From positions 186,001 to 250,000 of the forward strand of contig JBLDXI010000085.1 in the NCBI GenBank assembly GCA_047495785.1: a DNA stretch of 64,000 nt. Direction: 5' to 3'. Numbering within the stretch: position 1 is the first letter of the stretch; every line of letters begins with the position of its first letter. Shown in pieces: positions 63,068-64,000 of the stretch. The DNA comes from Lepidodermella squamata (taxonomy: Eukaryota > Animalia > Gastrotricha). The notes under the pieces were generated by a model. That model was not told the origin of the DNA and did no database searches. It was given only the letters and a program-made list of their open reading frames with translations. A program made the translations under genes and the position numbers.

Positions 63068-64000
63068 ATGAGGGCTTTGGCTTTATTTTGCTCTTTACTT
63101 TGCCTATTTGGAGGTGTTTCCTGCCAATGGAAACGCTGTATGTCACTGCTCGACAACTCATTCGTTGACTGTTCGACTTCTTGTGATTCATTGAAGGAAT
63201 ACCAGGTTAATTTTATAATTTTTCCGATCTTTTTCAAAATTGGCAACAATTTTTTATTAGTCCGGTTCCAGCTTTTCCGCCTATGATTTGTGTCGAAATG
63301 GGGTGAGCGAGCATAAAGCATTCATTCCAAAGCTGATTTTTTATTCGAACTTCGAACAGAATGGTCGCATGTGTTACAAATTCGCAGCTCTGACTCCGAG
63401 TTGTCGGCCCGGCATAATTCCGTGTAAAGCTCCTGATGAAATATCGGTACGTAATTATTTCTTCAGAAATTAGCTCAGTTATTTAAAGTCATGCATTGAT
63501 CAGTTCCAGCCATTCTACAGCCGATCACTACTTCGCTCGAGTTTGCAGTACTGCGAAATCGATAGGAACAATTTTACGGTAAGTCGTCACCTTAAAAAAG
63601 ATTTCGTCATAGGCAAGCCTGTTTGTTCATCACAGAATCAACATTTCAAGCAGTGTTCATCGAATAGTTTGTTGGTCACGTGCGTTCCTATTAACCAAAA
63701 CTGCCCGATTAGTACGGTTTGTAAATAATTTAGCTATGAATTTTTTAAGCGGACCTTCGCCTGTGTTCTCCTAAAATTTCGGTGAATTCTTAGTCGGTAG
63801 AAACTGGTTACTAGTTTCTTAGATCTGGGAGGAGAACATTTTAACAAAACCATATCTATTCATTCACTCTTCGAAAAAGGGACAGCTTGGCATGCAGTTA
63901 CTGATATTCTTGTATTTTTCTTAGATTAATGGTAGCCAAACATTCGCAAACCTTGCTGCATGCGTTGATGGGAAAGGTTAGGAGATTTTATTCTAAATTT
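63068..64000 (+). CDS. Six-repeat lectin gene L7, exons 1-6 (runs off the window end)
   Basis: MRALALFCSLLCLFGGVSCQWKRC..; exons 1-6 are in frame and homologous to L2, L3 and L6. Confidence 0.85.

Noticed and set aside
1-64000. Prokaryotic systems (operons, CRISPR arrays, defence islands), rRNA or tRNA genes
   Set aside because: The DNA is intron-rich and eukaryotic. I saw no repeat-spacer array and no recognisable structural RNA gene.

Overview
This is eukaryotic invertebrate genomic DNA, most likely a nematode: introns are mostly 45-80 nt GT-AG with frequent TTTCAG-type acceptors, and the astacin-EGF-CUB architecture is that of nematode NAS genes. The ORF track catches only single exons, so I spliced the genes by hand. 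The window is a tandem and inverted cluster of secreted-protein genes. (1) Astacin (M12A) metalloproteases with the layout signal-pro-astacin-EGF-CUB-kringle-(EGF)-five 4-Cys repeats: three complete copies, one copy running off the left edge with an in-frame internal duplication, and two broken copies. (2) C-type-lectin genes with the layout signal-six 4-Cys repeats-CTLD: four complete copies, one running off the right edge, and two fragments. Both families share a 40-55 aa four-cysteine repeat that I do not recognise, in the same order and with matching intron phases. The astacin propeptides carry an MMP-like CG[VI]PD cysteine-switch motif. Two small secreted genes are missing from the ORF track: a two-exon knottin/ICK peptide and a Thr-rich peptide. 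There is also an intronless S10 serine carboxypeptidase lacking its catalytic Ser. Mobile elements include a decayed FLYWCH-MULE transposon, a 5'-truncated LINE, several MITEs and a 4.5-kb repeat-rich intronic insertion. All gene models come from manual reading, with no expression or database evidence.
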